The position numbers and the translations under genes are program-made. This document shows positions 34,142-46,498 of a stretch of 64,000 bases of DNA, in pieces (within the stretch, counting starts at the first letter, position 1; each line of letters opens with the position of its first letter). The DNA is from Pelomyxa schiedti (lineage: Eukaryota > Protista > Evosea). The stretch lies in NCBI GenBank assembly GCA_020536535.1, contig JAHLWZ010000858.1, positions 6,582 to 70,581 on the forward strand, in the 5' to 3' direction. Below the pieces are notes generated by a model. The model worked only from the letters and a program-made list of their open reading frames with translations. It was not told where the DNA came from and did no database searches.

Positions 34142-35632
34142 TCAGGAGGCAGCACCTTCAATAGCAGCAATTGCGGCCAGACCAGAAGCAAAGAAGAAAA
34201 ACAGTACCATCTTGAGGGGTTTTGAGCCAGGAGACTCGAGTGCCTCGTGCAACAGTTCAAACACACCAACATATACAAACACCCCAGCACCAACCCCAAG
34301 CATTACACCAGTAATTACACCTATAGTAGTCACGTGATGTACACCACTGGACAGTGAGGCACTATCTTCAGACTTGAAGAGGAGAACAACAATTCCCACC
34401 ACAAGGGTGATTGGCTCCACCAAGATGAAAGATACAAGCAGGACAGAGCCGGCCAGAAATGATATCTTCAGGTTGAAAAACAATGTCACCAGTGCCCCAG
34501 AGTGAGACCATTCGTGGGCTGCACAAGCTATTGCCAGTGCTATAGTGTCATCCAAATCAGGCATCAGTCCCAATGCAAATCCTGTCACAGCCGCATGAAC
34601 CGCCATGGCAAGAGTGAGGGCACCAGCCTTGAATAACTTCCGGTGGCCCCTTTCCTTGCTATAGTCTTCCGCTTGCTGCACTTCCACTCGCGGTTCCCTA
34701 GCTTCATGCTTGGCGCTATGAACTGACGCCCCCTTCCTCCTGCGCCCGGTTGTTGCTGTTGCTGTAGGTATAGACATATTTCCGTCATCAGACATTCTGT
34801 TATGGTCCCCTTGGTTAACCTCCCCTTGGGAACTATCCTGATCAAGGACATTCATTTCAATGTCATTGATTCCTACAGAATCTTCATCATAGTCAATTCC
34901 GGAAGATACATCGGGAATCTTGTTGTGGTGCTGCAGCGCTGTAGTACCCCCACTGCAGTCTGCCGTTGCAGCACCCTCTATTGCCAACATAAGGCTGAAT
35001 CCGGCAATAACCAGATATAGAGCCAGCGGGAATTTGAGGCCAAGAGAGTTCAACTCAAGTATGGCATCATCAGCCATGTGGCACAGCCCCACGCCGAAGA
35101 AAACGCCGGCCGAAGCTGCAGTGATTAGTGACATAGCAACCTCAACCGTTCTGTTTGTATCCAGCCTAGTGGTGTCCCCATGACCAGTTGCACCGCTGCC
35201 CTCACTCGTGCCCGAACCTGGTGAGGATGTAGTGGTTGTAGTAGTTGTAGTAGTAGTGGATGTGTTTGTGCTTGTTCCTATGGCAGGTATAGCCGGATAC
35301 GAGGAATTAAGGGCCAGAGGAGGGGGAGTCGAGGACGGGCACACAAGGTTAGTTTCGGAAGTGGAGGTCGACGCAGACAGAGGAGTCAGCGACGGAGAAG
35401 GCGGGGGAGGCGGAGACGTAGGGGTCTTGGGAATGGAGAGCGAAATGGCCAGGGCAGAGGAGGGTGACATGGAAGAGGACGAGGAAGGGGAGGCGGCGGA
35501 GGAGGTGGATTTCTTGGAAATGGACACGGCAGTGCGGCGGATTAGGATTGGGATGAGGGCACCAAGGGCAGTCTCCAGGGGCAGGAGTATGGCGCACAGG
35601 ACCTTGACTAGGATGATGGTGCTGAGTCCCAT
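34142..35632 (-). CDS. ZIP (SLC39) family metal transporter, intronless
   Basis: 3+5 TM layout with SAGVFFGVGLCHM, AVHAAVTGFALG, AAHEW, GVGAGVFVYVGVFELL and a long loop between TM3 and TM4. Confidence 0.9.
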   Translation of the reverse strand: MGLSTIILVKVLCAILLPLETALGALIPILIRRTAVSISKKSTSSAASPSSSSSMSPSSALAISLSIPKTPTSPPPPPSPSLTPLSASTSTSETNLVCPSSTPPPLALNSSYPAIPAIGTSTNTSTTTTTTTTTTSSPGSGTSEGSGATGHGDTTRLDTNRTVEVAMSLITAASAGVFFGVGLCHMADDAILELNSLGLKFPLALYLVIAGFSLMLAIEGAATADCSGGTTALQHHNKIPDVSSGIDYDEDSVGINDIEMNVLDQDSSQGEVNQGDHNRMSDDGNMSIPTATATTGRRRKGASVHSAKHEAREPRVEVQQAEDYSKERGHRKLFKAGALTLAMAVHAAVTGFALGLMPDLDDTIALAIACAAHEWSHSGALVTLFFNLKISFLAGSVLLVSFILVEPITLVVGIVVLLFKSEDSASLSSGVHHVTTIGVITGVMLGVGAGVFVYVGVFELLHEALESPGSKPLKMVLFFFFASGLAAIAAIEGAAS

Positions 35633-36119
35633 CTTTGAAACAATTGGCTCTTGCTCTCACTCTAAGTGGTTTAAAAACACCCAACTACAAGGAACGAGGG
35701 TCCCCTCGGAAATAGAAACGCCTCTACCTCGCTAATTGTGATTGTGTTTGTTGTTTTGGGGTGGTTTTTTTTATGTGTGGCTTGTTTCGCGTGCGCCGAT
35801 TGTAACTGTCGACTCTTCTGCCATCTGATTAGCTCGACGCGTCATTTCCTATCTGGGAAGGACGAGGCCACTAGAATCTTAGGGGATGTGACACGCTCTG
35901 GTGTCACTCTTCAACACTGACAACATAAGATAGCTGGAGTGAGTACAGCAGATTACACACCCAGTCACTGGTAACATGGAACCCGATCTGATCTGCAGAA
36001 ACGCTGAAGGTGCACCCTTAACTTCTGCCGTTAAGTACAAGTGAATGAGTGAACTCCTCAAACCACTCAGAGGAGCAAAAAAAAAAAAAAAACTACAAAC
36101 AGCACCGGTTGGGGATTGA

Positions 36120-39100
36120 ATGGCAACGGCGCCGGCAACCGCACCTGTGCCAACACCGACAGGCAACACTTGTTACAGGGTGACATGTTGTGCCTCCAGA
36201 ATAGACCGTAAGGACGGCATTGGCTCCGCCTCGGACGCGTAAACCTCCCAGCACAAACAACCCACAATTCAATCCTCCACAGTTACGTTGTGATCAAGTC
36301 TGCCGACGACGGGCGCACCGTTGGCCGCTCGGGGGTCGCGTGGAACACCCTGGACCCAACTTGGGAGCCGTTCGAACTGTGCCTCGACCCGCCGCCGACG
36401 TTGGGGTGTCCCAAAGGAACCAAGACCGCACAGCCTGGAAAGCAGGCCAAGGGAGAGGGAGAGGTCCCTGGCACGACTCCAGGAACTTCCCAAACAATTT
36501 CAGGAGCCACAACAACAACTCCAACAGATGCCGCTGCTGCTGCTGCAACAGCTCCATCACAACTAGCATCAGTTAATACTACTGGATCCACAGCTTCACC
36601 TTTGGCATCAACTTGCGGAGCAGGCACTACTACAAAGGGGGGAGCTGTTGCTCCTATGTTGGATATTGAGGTATGGGATTGGGATGACACTAGGCAGGAC
36701 GACTACATTGGAGGATTCCAATGCAGTTTACTTGAATTTGTGACACCCAATGTCCCTCGTCCCTTGATCAATCCAGCTAAAGTCGGGAAGTATGCTATTT
36801 TCTTTTGAAAAACCATAACCTCCAAAAACCTACTAATTGAATACAGATTATACACAAACTCTGGTACATTTGTAGTTACTGATGCCCAACCAGTTTTACA
36901 ATCCTTGCTTTCTGCAACGTCCTGGAAAATAACCCTGAATGCTACAGAACTTGACCCGATGGATGAAGCAACGCTTCTTGCTGGTATACCCTCCCTCTAG
37001 AGAAGTGATTGAGATAAAAACTAGACCCTTTTTTTATCATGGTGAGATCGGAGGTCCCTCCACCTGGAGAAACAGAATTGGTACCCCCTGTGGTACTTCC
37101 AACTGATTCCTTTTTTGTCACCATAACACTTCACTCCAGGATACGAAGGCTCCTTCGGTTACCAAAGCAAAGAAAGGAAAGAAGACAAAGCCTTTACCAA
37201 AGACAGAAGCGGTCTCCCCTGGGGCCGCAGAACCTGTTCCTGAAGAGCTAGAAGGGCTTACTTCCGACGAAATAGTTATTTATAGGAGTCAAGTGCAGAG
37301 GAACACTGCCAAGTAGTATCACATTTCATTCATATGAGCGTTATAACACCACCCAAAAGCCCTGCCTGGCCCCAGTTTACACTTAATGCGTCTATATTAG
37401 GCGCCATAGATGGTTGGGTTACATTGCATCTCTATGTACTTTCTTACTGTTGAGTTGTTTTCCTAAAGAAGTTAGGACTGGGATGAACCGCAACTTCGCC
37501 ACCAGTACATGGGAACATGTAATTTTCCAGTGGGTGCACTCCTTACCAAAGGAAGCGCCTCAACCATTAGCAATATTCCCGTGTGTTACCGGGACATTGA
37601 TTGGGTATCTTCTGGTACTATGCATGTCCAATCGGTTGTTCCGTCATGGGACCCTGTCACTCCTGACGCCGCTATTGTGGAATATATAATACAACCCACT
37701 GCCCAAAAAGTTTGTGCATGCCCTCTTGTTCATTGATTTAACTTACTTTTCTCCCATTCAGCTGGGTGGGGGAGGGGTCCTTAAAAATCTTTTAAAAAAA
37801 CCTTCAATGGATCCTTTTGTCATTCTAAAATTGCCGGATGGATCAATTTTGGTTTGCATATCCACATATATTTGCCATTTTGCCGTTAATCTGGAAATAC
37901 CATAGCATCAAACAGAAGTCTTACAGAATAACCCAAACCCTACTTTCATGGAGTTCAGGTGAATCAAATTGTTTTATTTTCTTCATCTCACTTTTCATAC
38001 AAGACTTCCTGTAGCAAAAGTTGGTGGATTGGACATACCAATCACCTGGTGTGCAATTGCTGTAGCCAGTTCAAAACTGAGAGTACGTTAAGGGAGTTCC
38101 ACGATGCCGATCCGGCAAATAAAAAATCAGCATTGATCGGGACTGTAACAACTTCCCTGAGACACTTGAGTTTTTTTGGGAACCAGCCAGTGTGGAGTAT
38201 TATCAACGCCGCCAAAGCTTCTGCAGCTGCAGACTCAAGTACTGCGGTATATGATAACTCTGGTGTACTGCGCATTCAAAAGTTTGAGCCAGTGCTAAAT
38301 CCTGCACTAGTGGTACCCACTTCTTTTAAACTATTCTAAACAAATAACGAAATATCATTTTTTTGCAGCCTGCAATTCCACTTTCAACCCCTACTACACC
38401 ACCAAACCTTGGGCTTACTGGTGACAGCTCGTTTCATTCCTATCGCATACTTAACACCCCTAGGTCCAGAGGCAGCTTTTGCTGCAGAAAGTGCTGCAAT
38501 CATGGCTGTTGTACCTGGGCAACCTCCTGCCTACCAATTATTTTGTCAAGCTACAAAGTTGGACTCTAAAGATGGATTGATCAACCGCACATCTGATGGG
38601 TTTGCCCCCACCCGCACTCCTTTATGTAATTTTCCATTGTACAGTTACATTGTCATTAAGAACCCACTGGGAAAGGTGGTTGCCAAATCAGGGGTGATTT
38701 GGGTCAATCTTAGTCCAGTCTGGGAACCTTTCGAAATTTCTACAGTAGAGTGTAACGCCGGAGCTACACCAACTCCAACAACACCCAGTACTCCAACTCC
38801 CGCCACAAAAGGAAAATCAAAAGTACCAGTAACACCGCCCAGTGCTGGTGGTTTGGTAGTAGAGATATGGGATTGGGATGCAACTGGAAGAGATCACTTT
38901 ATTGGGATTTTTTCTTGCACTCTTTCAGAGCTTACTACCCCCAATGTACCTCGCACTCTGCTCAACCCTGACAAGCAAGGGAGGTAATCTCCATTACTTC
39001 CCCAATTTCTACTCATCTTTCCTTCAAGGATGTTCTATTCCAACTCGGGGATTTTCAATACGGTGGATGCGCGACCTGTGGACAGACCATCACTGACTGC

Positions 39101-40942
39101 AACCTCATGGAGAATCACCATCTCCGCGGAAAATTTGCCTAATATGGACAATGGTTTCCTTGTCAATGCAGGTGTGCAAAAGGAAAGACAAAAACAAAGT
39201 GATCTTTGCATTAGACGCATTTTTTTACCTTGTACGGAGAGATGGACCATCTCCCGGAGCTGTTGAACTTATACCTCCAACGGTATTTCCCCAAAGGTTC
39301 TGTGATATTTTGCAAACTGCAAAAGGGGAGGAAGGGAGCACCAAAGACCACAACAACTAAGCCAACACCCACAGTCCCTCCTCTACTAACTGGTTTGACT
39401 CCAGATCAGGTGGTTATCTATAAAAGCAAAGTCATGCCTTCAACCCTTTGGTACATATGTTGTATTTATTGGGACAAACAAGAAAAAAACTAATATTCAA
39501 ACTCAAAAAAAGCCCAACTTGGCCAGAATTCGCCATTGATTCTATTCTCATGGGAGGAAATGTTAATGGAAATGTGACCCTTCATGTTTATGTATTTTTT
39601 CTCCCGCTTCTTTTCTCTTTTTAATACATCGCTTAGGATTGGGATAATGTGGGGCAGTCAGAGTACATTGGCTCCTGCGATTTGACAGTGAGGGAGTTAA
39701 CAACAACAGGAACTGCGATATCTATTTCACCCGTTCCACCATGCCACAGGAGTTCCGGGTGGTTGTCAAGTGGCACTCTCAAAATAACTCGTGCAACCCC
39801 ATCTTGGGAGAGAGCCGGGACAGGAGACAATGTTACTGAATATATTGTGCAATGTGAAGGACAGAAGGTTCTGTTTTAGGTGTCTATTCCTGGATTGACG
39901 AATCCCCCAGATTGGAGGGAAATCTGGATCCCTGTTCAAGAAAGTTATTGTCAATCCATACCTTGTAATCTCACGTCCAGACGGATTCAAATTGGTTTGC
40001 CAATGTATCAATGAATTTAGTCTCATTGCGTTCCAAGCATACAACAGAAGAGCTGGTGAACAACTTAAATCCAATATTTACTGAGTTTAGGTTCGTTTCA
40101 ATTATCACCTTTTCCTATTTTCATCAATTCCAACAGATTAAGTGTGTCTATGATTGGAGGTTTGGACGTTCCAGTGACTTGGTATCACCGGGCTCTTTCC
40201 CTTTCCAAGTTATGACATCATCAGGCAATTCTTTGATAACTCCTCTGGTACCGCATCCCTAGTTGGAACTGTTACAGCGACACTTCGAGAATTTAGTTTT
40301 TACGCAAATCATGGACAGTGGCCAGTGATAGACCCATCTCGCACTTCAGATGAATCTGATAGCTATATTAACTCTGGCATCCTTATCATAAAAAAATTCG
40401 ATCCGGTCCTTGGTGTTCCCACTCAGGTCTCACCATTCCTCCATGTAATTGTACTTACTGTGCGCTTGCTTTCCCAACAGGCTGCGGTATCTATAACGAC
40501 TCCCCCCGGTTCCGCTCAGCCCAACCCACAAGCTTCCACCAGCAACTCCTCGTCCATTTATGATTCCTCTTCATCATCATCCTCGCATCACTCCCCCACA
40601 ACACCAACACCAACAATCCCCTCCTGTCCTTCCACATCCACCCCAAATACAGCAGCACCAACACCGGCAAACCCCTCCATTTCCCCAATGTCATACCCGG
40701 GCATGGTGCCACAAGGAACCAATACACCCACTGGCCTTCCCTACGGAGCAATGCCCCCCTACGCACCCATTACAATGCCGCCCTATCAGGGGTACCCGTA
40801 CCCCTCCGGTCTCTATGCTGGCCCCCCCTACATTCCTCCTGGCCAGCCACAGCAACCAGGTGGTGTGTACTATCCACCGCCTCCTACGGGAGGGTACCCA
40901 CCTTATCCACCTCAGCAGTACTACCCACCACAGGGTTATTGA
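36120..40942 (+). CDS. Six copine-type C2 domain protein with Pro/Tyr/Gly-rich tail, no vWA domain
   Basis: Repeated motifs DRKDG..SDAYVVIK, NTLDPTWEPF, EVWDWD...DDYIG, NPAK...NSG occur as two runs of three C2 domains. Tail YPPYPPQQYYPPQGY. Confidence 0.85.
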
Positions 40943-41390
40943 CCGTTCCTCTCGTTTCTAAAAGAATGTTTTAGTACCAGCAAGCTACTTTACAAATACA
41001 AAAATTCAAAAAAATTGCTGCCACCATACGCGAGGGACGGAGTCGGCTCCCTTTCCCCCTCAGACTTTCCATGGACAGACCAGACTTGACCCCGTGTTTC
41101 TCCTTGAGAACCATTTTGCTTGGTCGGCAACAAAGCAATAAAACCAGACACATGTTGAACCATTAAGGCCGTGGGCACACCGTCGAGGAAAGACTCTAAC
41201 AGGAAAAACGTCATCTCACCACAATGTAGCCATCACCACACTTGAAAAGATATAAGTCGCGGTCTCGTTTCCTAGAAGGTCCCTTTTTTTTGTTTTGTGT
41301 TATCATTTCCACAGAATCCAACAGAAAAAATAAAAAAACAAGTGAACCAACACCACCCAACAACGACATAGGAAACAATTAGTCAGCTGT

Positions 41391-42086
41391 ATGAGCGTCT
41401 CACACTCGTATTATGATGCAAGAATGGGATGTGAAGCATTGCGCATCACAGACTCTACAGGTACATGTTTTTCGAATAACAACTAGCACTGTTCTGAGGC
41501 GAGCTAATAAGAAATTATTATTTAATTTACATTGCCGCTGAAGCGCCCCCGCCACTCATAAATTAGATATAAAATAATAAATAAAAAGGTATTTTATAAA
41601 TTTAAAAAATTGTTAATAATCTCAAATTTTTTTTATTTCAACAAATAAAAAATAATAAATCGTTTTCCACAAAAAGGAGCATTTCTGTCCACCACAGAAG
41701 GGGCAATTTTAGTCCAAATTCCGGGTACAGTGACTCTGACCTTTGGTACCTTTCCTACTCCACAGAAAGTCCTACTCACTGAGTCCAAAGTACTCGAAAA
41801 TTACCCCAATGGAATCCAGCAGAGCACTTACCCTCACTGGCAGCAACAACCACTCCAACCAGAACAGCCAACAACAGACCCACCCGTGGAGCCACTTCCA
41901 CTGCACGATGTTGCTCCTCCCGCTCACACTCCAAACACTCCAACACGACCCATTCCTATTGCCAGGATCCTGAACCTCCAGTGTTACGTTCCAAGCCCAA
42001 TGCAGACAGTTGAGTTGGGTGCTTCACCACCATGCGAAGGACACCCGGACCTCGTCAATGGACCAGGAACAACAAATTTATGTTAA
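41391..42086 (+). CDS. Putative small two-exon hypothetical protein
   Basis: ATG 41391 exon (MSVSHSYYDARMGCEALRITDST) joins in phase across GT(41461)...AG(41697) to the P/T/Q-rich ORF ending at 42086. Confidence 0.35.
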
Positions 42087-42129
42087 GAAAATGAGTCTGG
42101 TTCCTAACAGAAAAAAAATATGATGATTA

Positions 42130-45100
42130 TTAGCCGAGGAGACTATCGAGAAGCTCGGCGTCCCTGGGATGGAGCGGGGCGTGGTGGCGGTGGGACTGCA
42201 GCAGAGGGCGGATTATGGGATTCACGCGATCGCCCCAGTGGGTGTGCATCCAGTTGAGAATCACGAGGCACAGGTTGATGGTTTGGCATGAGGATTTCGT
42301 AGTGAGAATGGGGAGTTGCTGCTGTTCCGGGAAAAGGTGCCCAAGCACAAAGTCAGCGAGCTGCGGAAGGTGTGACTCGAAGCTTTTTTCCCATTTGTTG
42401 TTCCTCCGGCTGATGATGGAACTAGAGCTAGAATGTTGCTGCTGTTGCTGTTGCTGTTGTTGTTGTTCGGGTCCCGAGAGGGCACCGTTGGGGTGCATGT
42501 ACGACAGCCAAGTGTACAGAACCTGAAGCTGAAGTAGTTGCAGATGTGGATAATTGTGTGGCGTCGGGTTCATTAGCTGCCACACAACTCCCTCCAGGTA
42601 GGCGGAAATGTTCCCTGTTTGAGAAGTTGATAAGAATGTTACTCGGTTGGGGTTAGGCTTGAAGTAGTACATGTTTCATGCTTAGGAACAAGCCGGTAAA
42701 GAAGGAACAATGCAACGGGATTCAGTAGTGGAGCTGAGAGTTCTCTCCCATGATGCTGGTCAAGGAATGATACGTAAAGCATAGTTCTGTACACAATTGT
42801 CAGAAAATACAAGTTATGTATGGTGTCTACTTCATTTCTTCAATTCCACGGCGTCGAGTGTCGTCATCTACTCTATCAAAAAGGGTCTGTATAACATCCA
42901 CTAAGATTGTCTTGGAGGAATCCAGCCATTCTGATTCTGTTTCCCGCCAACCCCATTACATTCAGGTGTTATGTTGTAACTCAAACCATTCAAGTTGGTG
43001 CTCTCGAGATTTTTCTTGTAAGGAAGAGGTAATTCTGTCTTGATGACGGTCGCGGGGCCATTGCATTCATGTGCCAGAGCATAGTGAATAACTGGAACAC
43101 ACAATTTTTGTGCTACTTCGCTATTGGTTTCTGGGTGCAACATATAAGAAGAGTGATATTAACGGGAGAAACATACTCAGAGATGTTACAGTACACATCA
43201 GCTTGGCAGCAATAGATCTTAGATGAAGAGGATGATTCTCGTTGATGAGGCTTATGACATGGGATAGCCTGTCTGCCCAAAAAGGAGGCCACGGTGTCGG
43301 AGTGACACCCTGGAGAGTGGCGATGCTTAACAGCAACTTAAGGGCACTGTAGCACAGTTCAGTTTTACCAGGGTTGAGGAACGACCAGTAGAATTCAGCA
43401 CATACCCTTAGGGATTTAAAAAAAAGAGACAATATTTAAGGGTGATACGGGTCAAAGATAATAGACTCCATATTTTTCGGTAATGATTTAACTGAGCTGT
43501 ATCCCTGTGAACTAATTCTTTTTCTTTCTAATTCTGTGTAGCGCTTGATGCAGTTTGAAATTGAGTGGAGGGCTACATTGTAATGCTGAAAGGCATCAAT
43601 ATGAGGGTAAAAAAAGAGAGACATACATTCGCTGTGAAGAGACATGCATTCGCTCTGAAGAGAGACATGGTTTCAATACATTGAACAAGGCATTGAGTAA
43701 TTTGGGGGTGCTGAGCTGTTACGTCAGTGGGGCAAAGTAAAGAGAAGAGGATAGGAGACAGTCCTAAAATTGAAGTGGGTTTTTTGGTTTTTTGTTTGAA
43801 TAAATACCATCTACTCCTTCACATAATAGCACAGAGCATATATCTTTCCAAGGGGTGGTATCTGGTTGTAACCTGGCATGCCAACCCTTGGGAAGTCATT
43901 TTTGCACCAATGTGGAGTGGCTTACCGAAAAGATCCTTTCTATCATATCTTGAAATAAAATGGGTAACTTATAATAACATTTCAACATTGGAAGAAGAAT
44001 TTCTGTTGGCATTGAGGTGCACATTCCCTCCCAAAGTTTGATTATTCTTTTAGACACGTTTGGTGCTGTTGTGCATAAGACTAAATAAAAAAATAAGGAA
44101 AAACTTACCACAATTGTCCACTATCGCTGCAAGTTCAATAGCTTTATTGGAGCCCTGTTCTAATACAAGTTTCAGTGTACTATCCTTTGTGGGAGAAAAA
44201 TTCTATGGGGACCAAATAGAAGAGTCGAGTGGGTACCTCAGCATTCCCAGATTGGAGAATTGGTTGCAGAAAATGTCTAGAAAACCAGGGTGGGATTTGT
44301 ACTGGGAAGCGTTTAACCACCTCTTCAATCTTATTTATTTTTTTTTGTACACTTGAGTTTGTATGCTCAATGACTTGTGTGTTATTAAAATTTGATGGGA
44401 TACCCAAGCCTTATTTTCCAGCATCTCGAATACTATTGCTATAGGTACGTGTTTGGGGATTGGGTCTGTTGAAGGAAACAGCTTCTCAAGGAGTTCACAA
44501 CACAGAGTGACTTTGAGGGAGTCAAATGGTGATTGCACAAGAAGCTGCGTGATAATTGTAGTAAGGTGTAGATCGTTTATCCTGCAAGTTGTTTTTGCGC
44601 AGTATCATACTGGGTTTTTTAATATACCATGCTTTATTTTTCAGGAGGAAGCATACACAGTGAGGAAACTCGCTCGAAGGTCTCCTGAACACCCACTTCA
44701 GATAGGGTTTCAGTATGGCATTGTTGTTGCGCTGCAGGCACGCTTCTAGCCAATCAAGCACTGGCGCTGTGCATTAGTGAGCCTTTTTATTACCTTTTTT
44801 GTAATAAGACCTCTATTGAACATGGGATTGTGAGAAGGTACAGCAAGACTCCCACTTGTGATGGCATTGTGGAGGCACAGAATAATGGTCATAAAAACAC
44901 TTTGTTCGAGGGTGCCTTCATTACGTTTTTAAGAAAAAACGTAAGAAATAAAATAAAAACCTTGATCTTCTATATCCCCTAAATCGGGGGAATCAAATAA
45001 TGCTATTATACAGTGGAAAATAGAGACATCACAAAAATCTGCTTTCCCATGGGGATTGGATATCAATTCAATGAGTGGAGTGATAACCCGGGTTGTGTAT

Positions 45101-46420
45101 TCAGGATGAAACGTTATGAAGCCTGTAAGAACAGCATCAAGCAACCGGGGTTCCTTATATCTCTGAGGTACGTTAGTGCCAATGCTACCAAACAATTTCT
45201 ATACTTGTGTATCATTGTATTGCTCTTTCACGAGACATTCAAGTTGGTCACCAAATTGAGTATTTGATAATGCTTGTCCTTCCCAACGTTGTATGTGCTC
45301 AAGTGTGAGTACTTTTGTGGCATGTCCTAAACAACAATTAGTAAAAGGGGGTGGGAATTCTCCTTCCAGTACCGTTTGGAGGGCGCTGCATCAACAAATC
45401 AGATAAAAGTGGGTTTGGTAAAGAGGAACTTTGTTCGTGTTCCACATGGTGGACTTCTTGGCTGGTGTGGCGCACTTGTTGTGGGTAATGTTTCTGCTGT
45501 TGGGTTTGCTTTGCATGATGCTTGAAACGCTGAGTTTGCACTTGAGTCTGTGACGAAGTTGGGGCTGGAATTAGCATCGAGGAGTTGGCGCTCACATCCG
45601 GGTAGCCAGATTGGCTATCCTGCATGCCAAATGAAATAGCGCCAGACTGCTGCAGCTGCGCCATTGCAGCCAACTCACACAACTGCTGCTGGTCCTGGTC
45701 CTGCAGAGCTACTATCTGAGGCATCTGCAGCCCGATCGACTGAAACATTGGCACGGAGGCAGGAGGCTGCTCCTGCCGCGGCTGCCGCGGCCTGCCCCGC
45801 TTCTTCTGCTTTTGTGCAACTGCCATTGGCTGCATCACCTGAGGTATCATCTGCCCATGAGCGAGGTGCTGGTGGAGGCTCATTCCGCCGCCGACATCGC
45901 TCCCACTGTTTCCGAGATAGCCGAAGCCCTGAATTGCCCCATAATCGTTGTAATCCACGCCCGGCGGAGTGTCCGCATAAACGACGTCGCCCAGCCCGCC
46001 GTCGAAACCTGTCACGGAGCCCAGAACCATTTGTGGGAGGCGTTCCTGGTCCTGATCTTGGTCCAGGTCGATCTCTTGTTGCTGGTCGCGCAAATGGGGG
46101 CCGGGGCTGCGAAACTGGCGATTTGGCAATTGAACGGCCACAGTCCCGGCCCCGCTCATCGTTGGCGCCATTTGGTAGTACTGCAGTTGCAAGTTCTGCG
46201 GAATTGCCATGCGTTGTTGTTGTTGTTGCTGGTGCATGTGTATGGGAATTATGGGAGCTTGTGGGAGCTGGACCTGCCTCGAGGAGGAAGAAGAAGAAGT
46301 AGTTGACGATGAAACCTTGGAGCGCTTCCTTTTGGGGCCAGGGACCGACGCAGGGCCAATGACGGCCGAATTATTCGCAGGTGTCGCCGCCGTAGCTCGT
46401 GTGTGGCTTCGGGGTCGCAT
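42130..46420 (-). CDS. Large hypothetical nuclear protein: Q-rich N-terminus with AT-hook + long alpha-helical (HEAT-like) region
   Basis: NLS PKRKRSK and AT-hook KKRGRPRQ, then many Leu-rich helical exons down to the stop at 42130. Confidence 0.65.
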
Positions 46421-46498
46421 CTGGCCAATTTTTTTCAAAATTCAAGTTTAATTAATTTGTAAATTTGGAGCCATCAGATTTTTTTTTGTCTGCAAGGA

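Noticed and set aside
40971-41214. Short minus-strand ORFs
   Set aside because: No motifs and no convincing exon partners.
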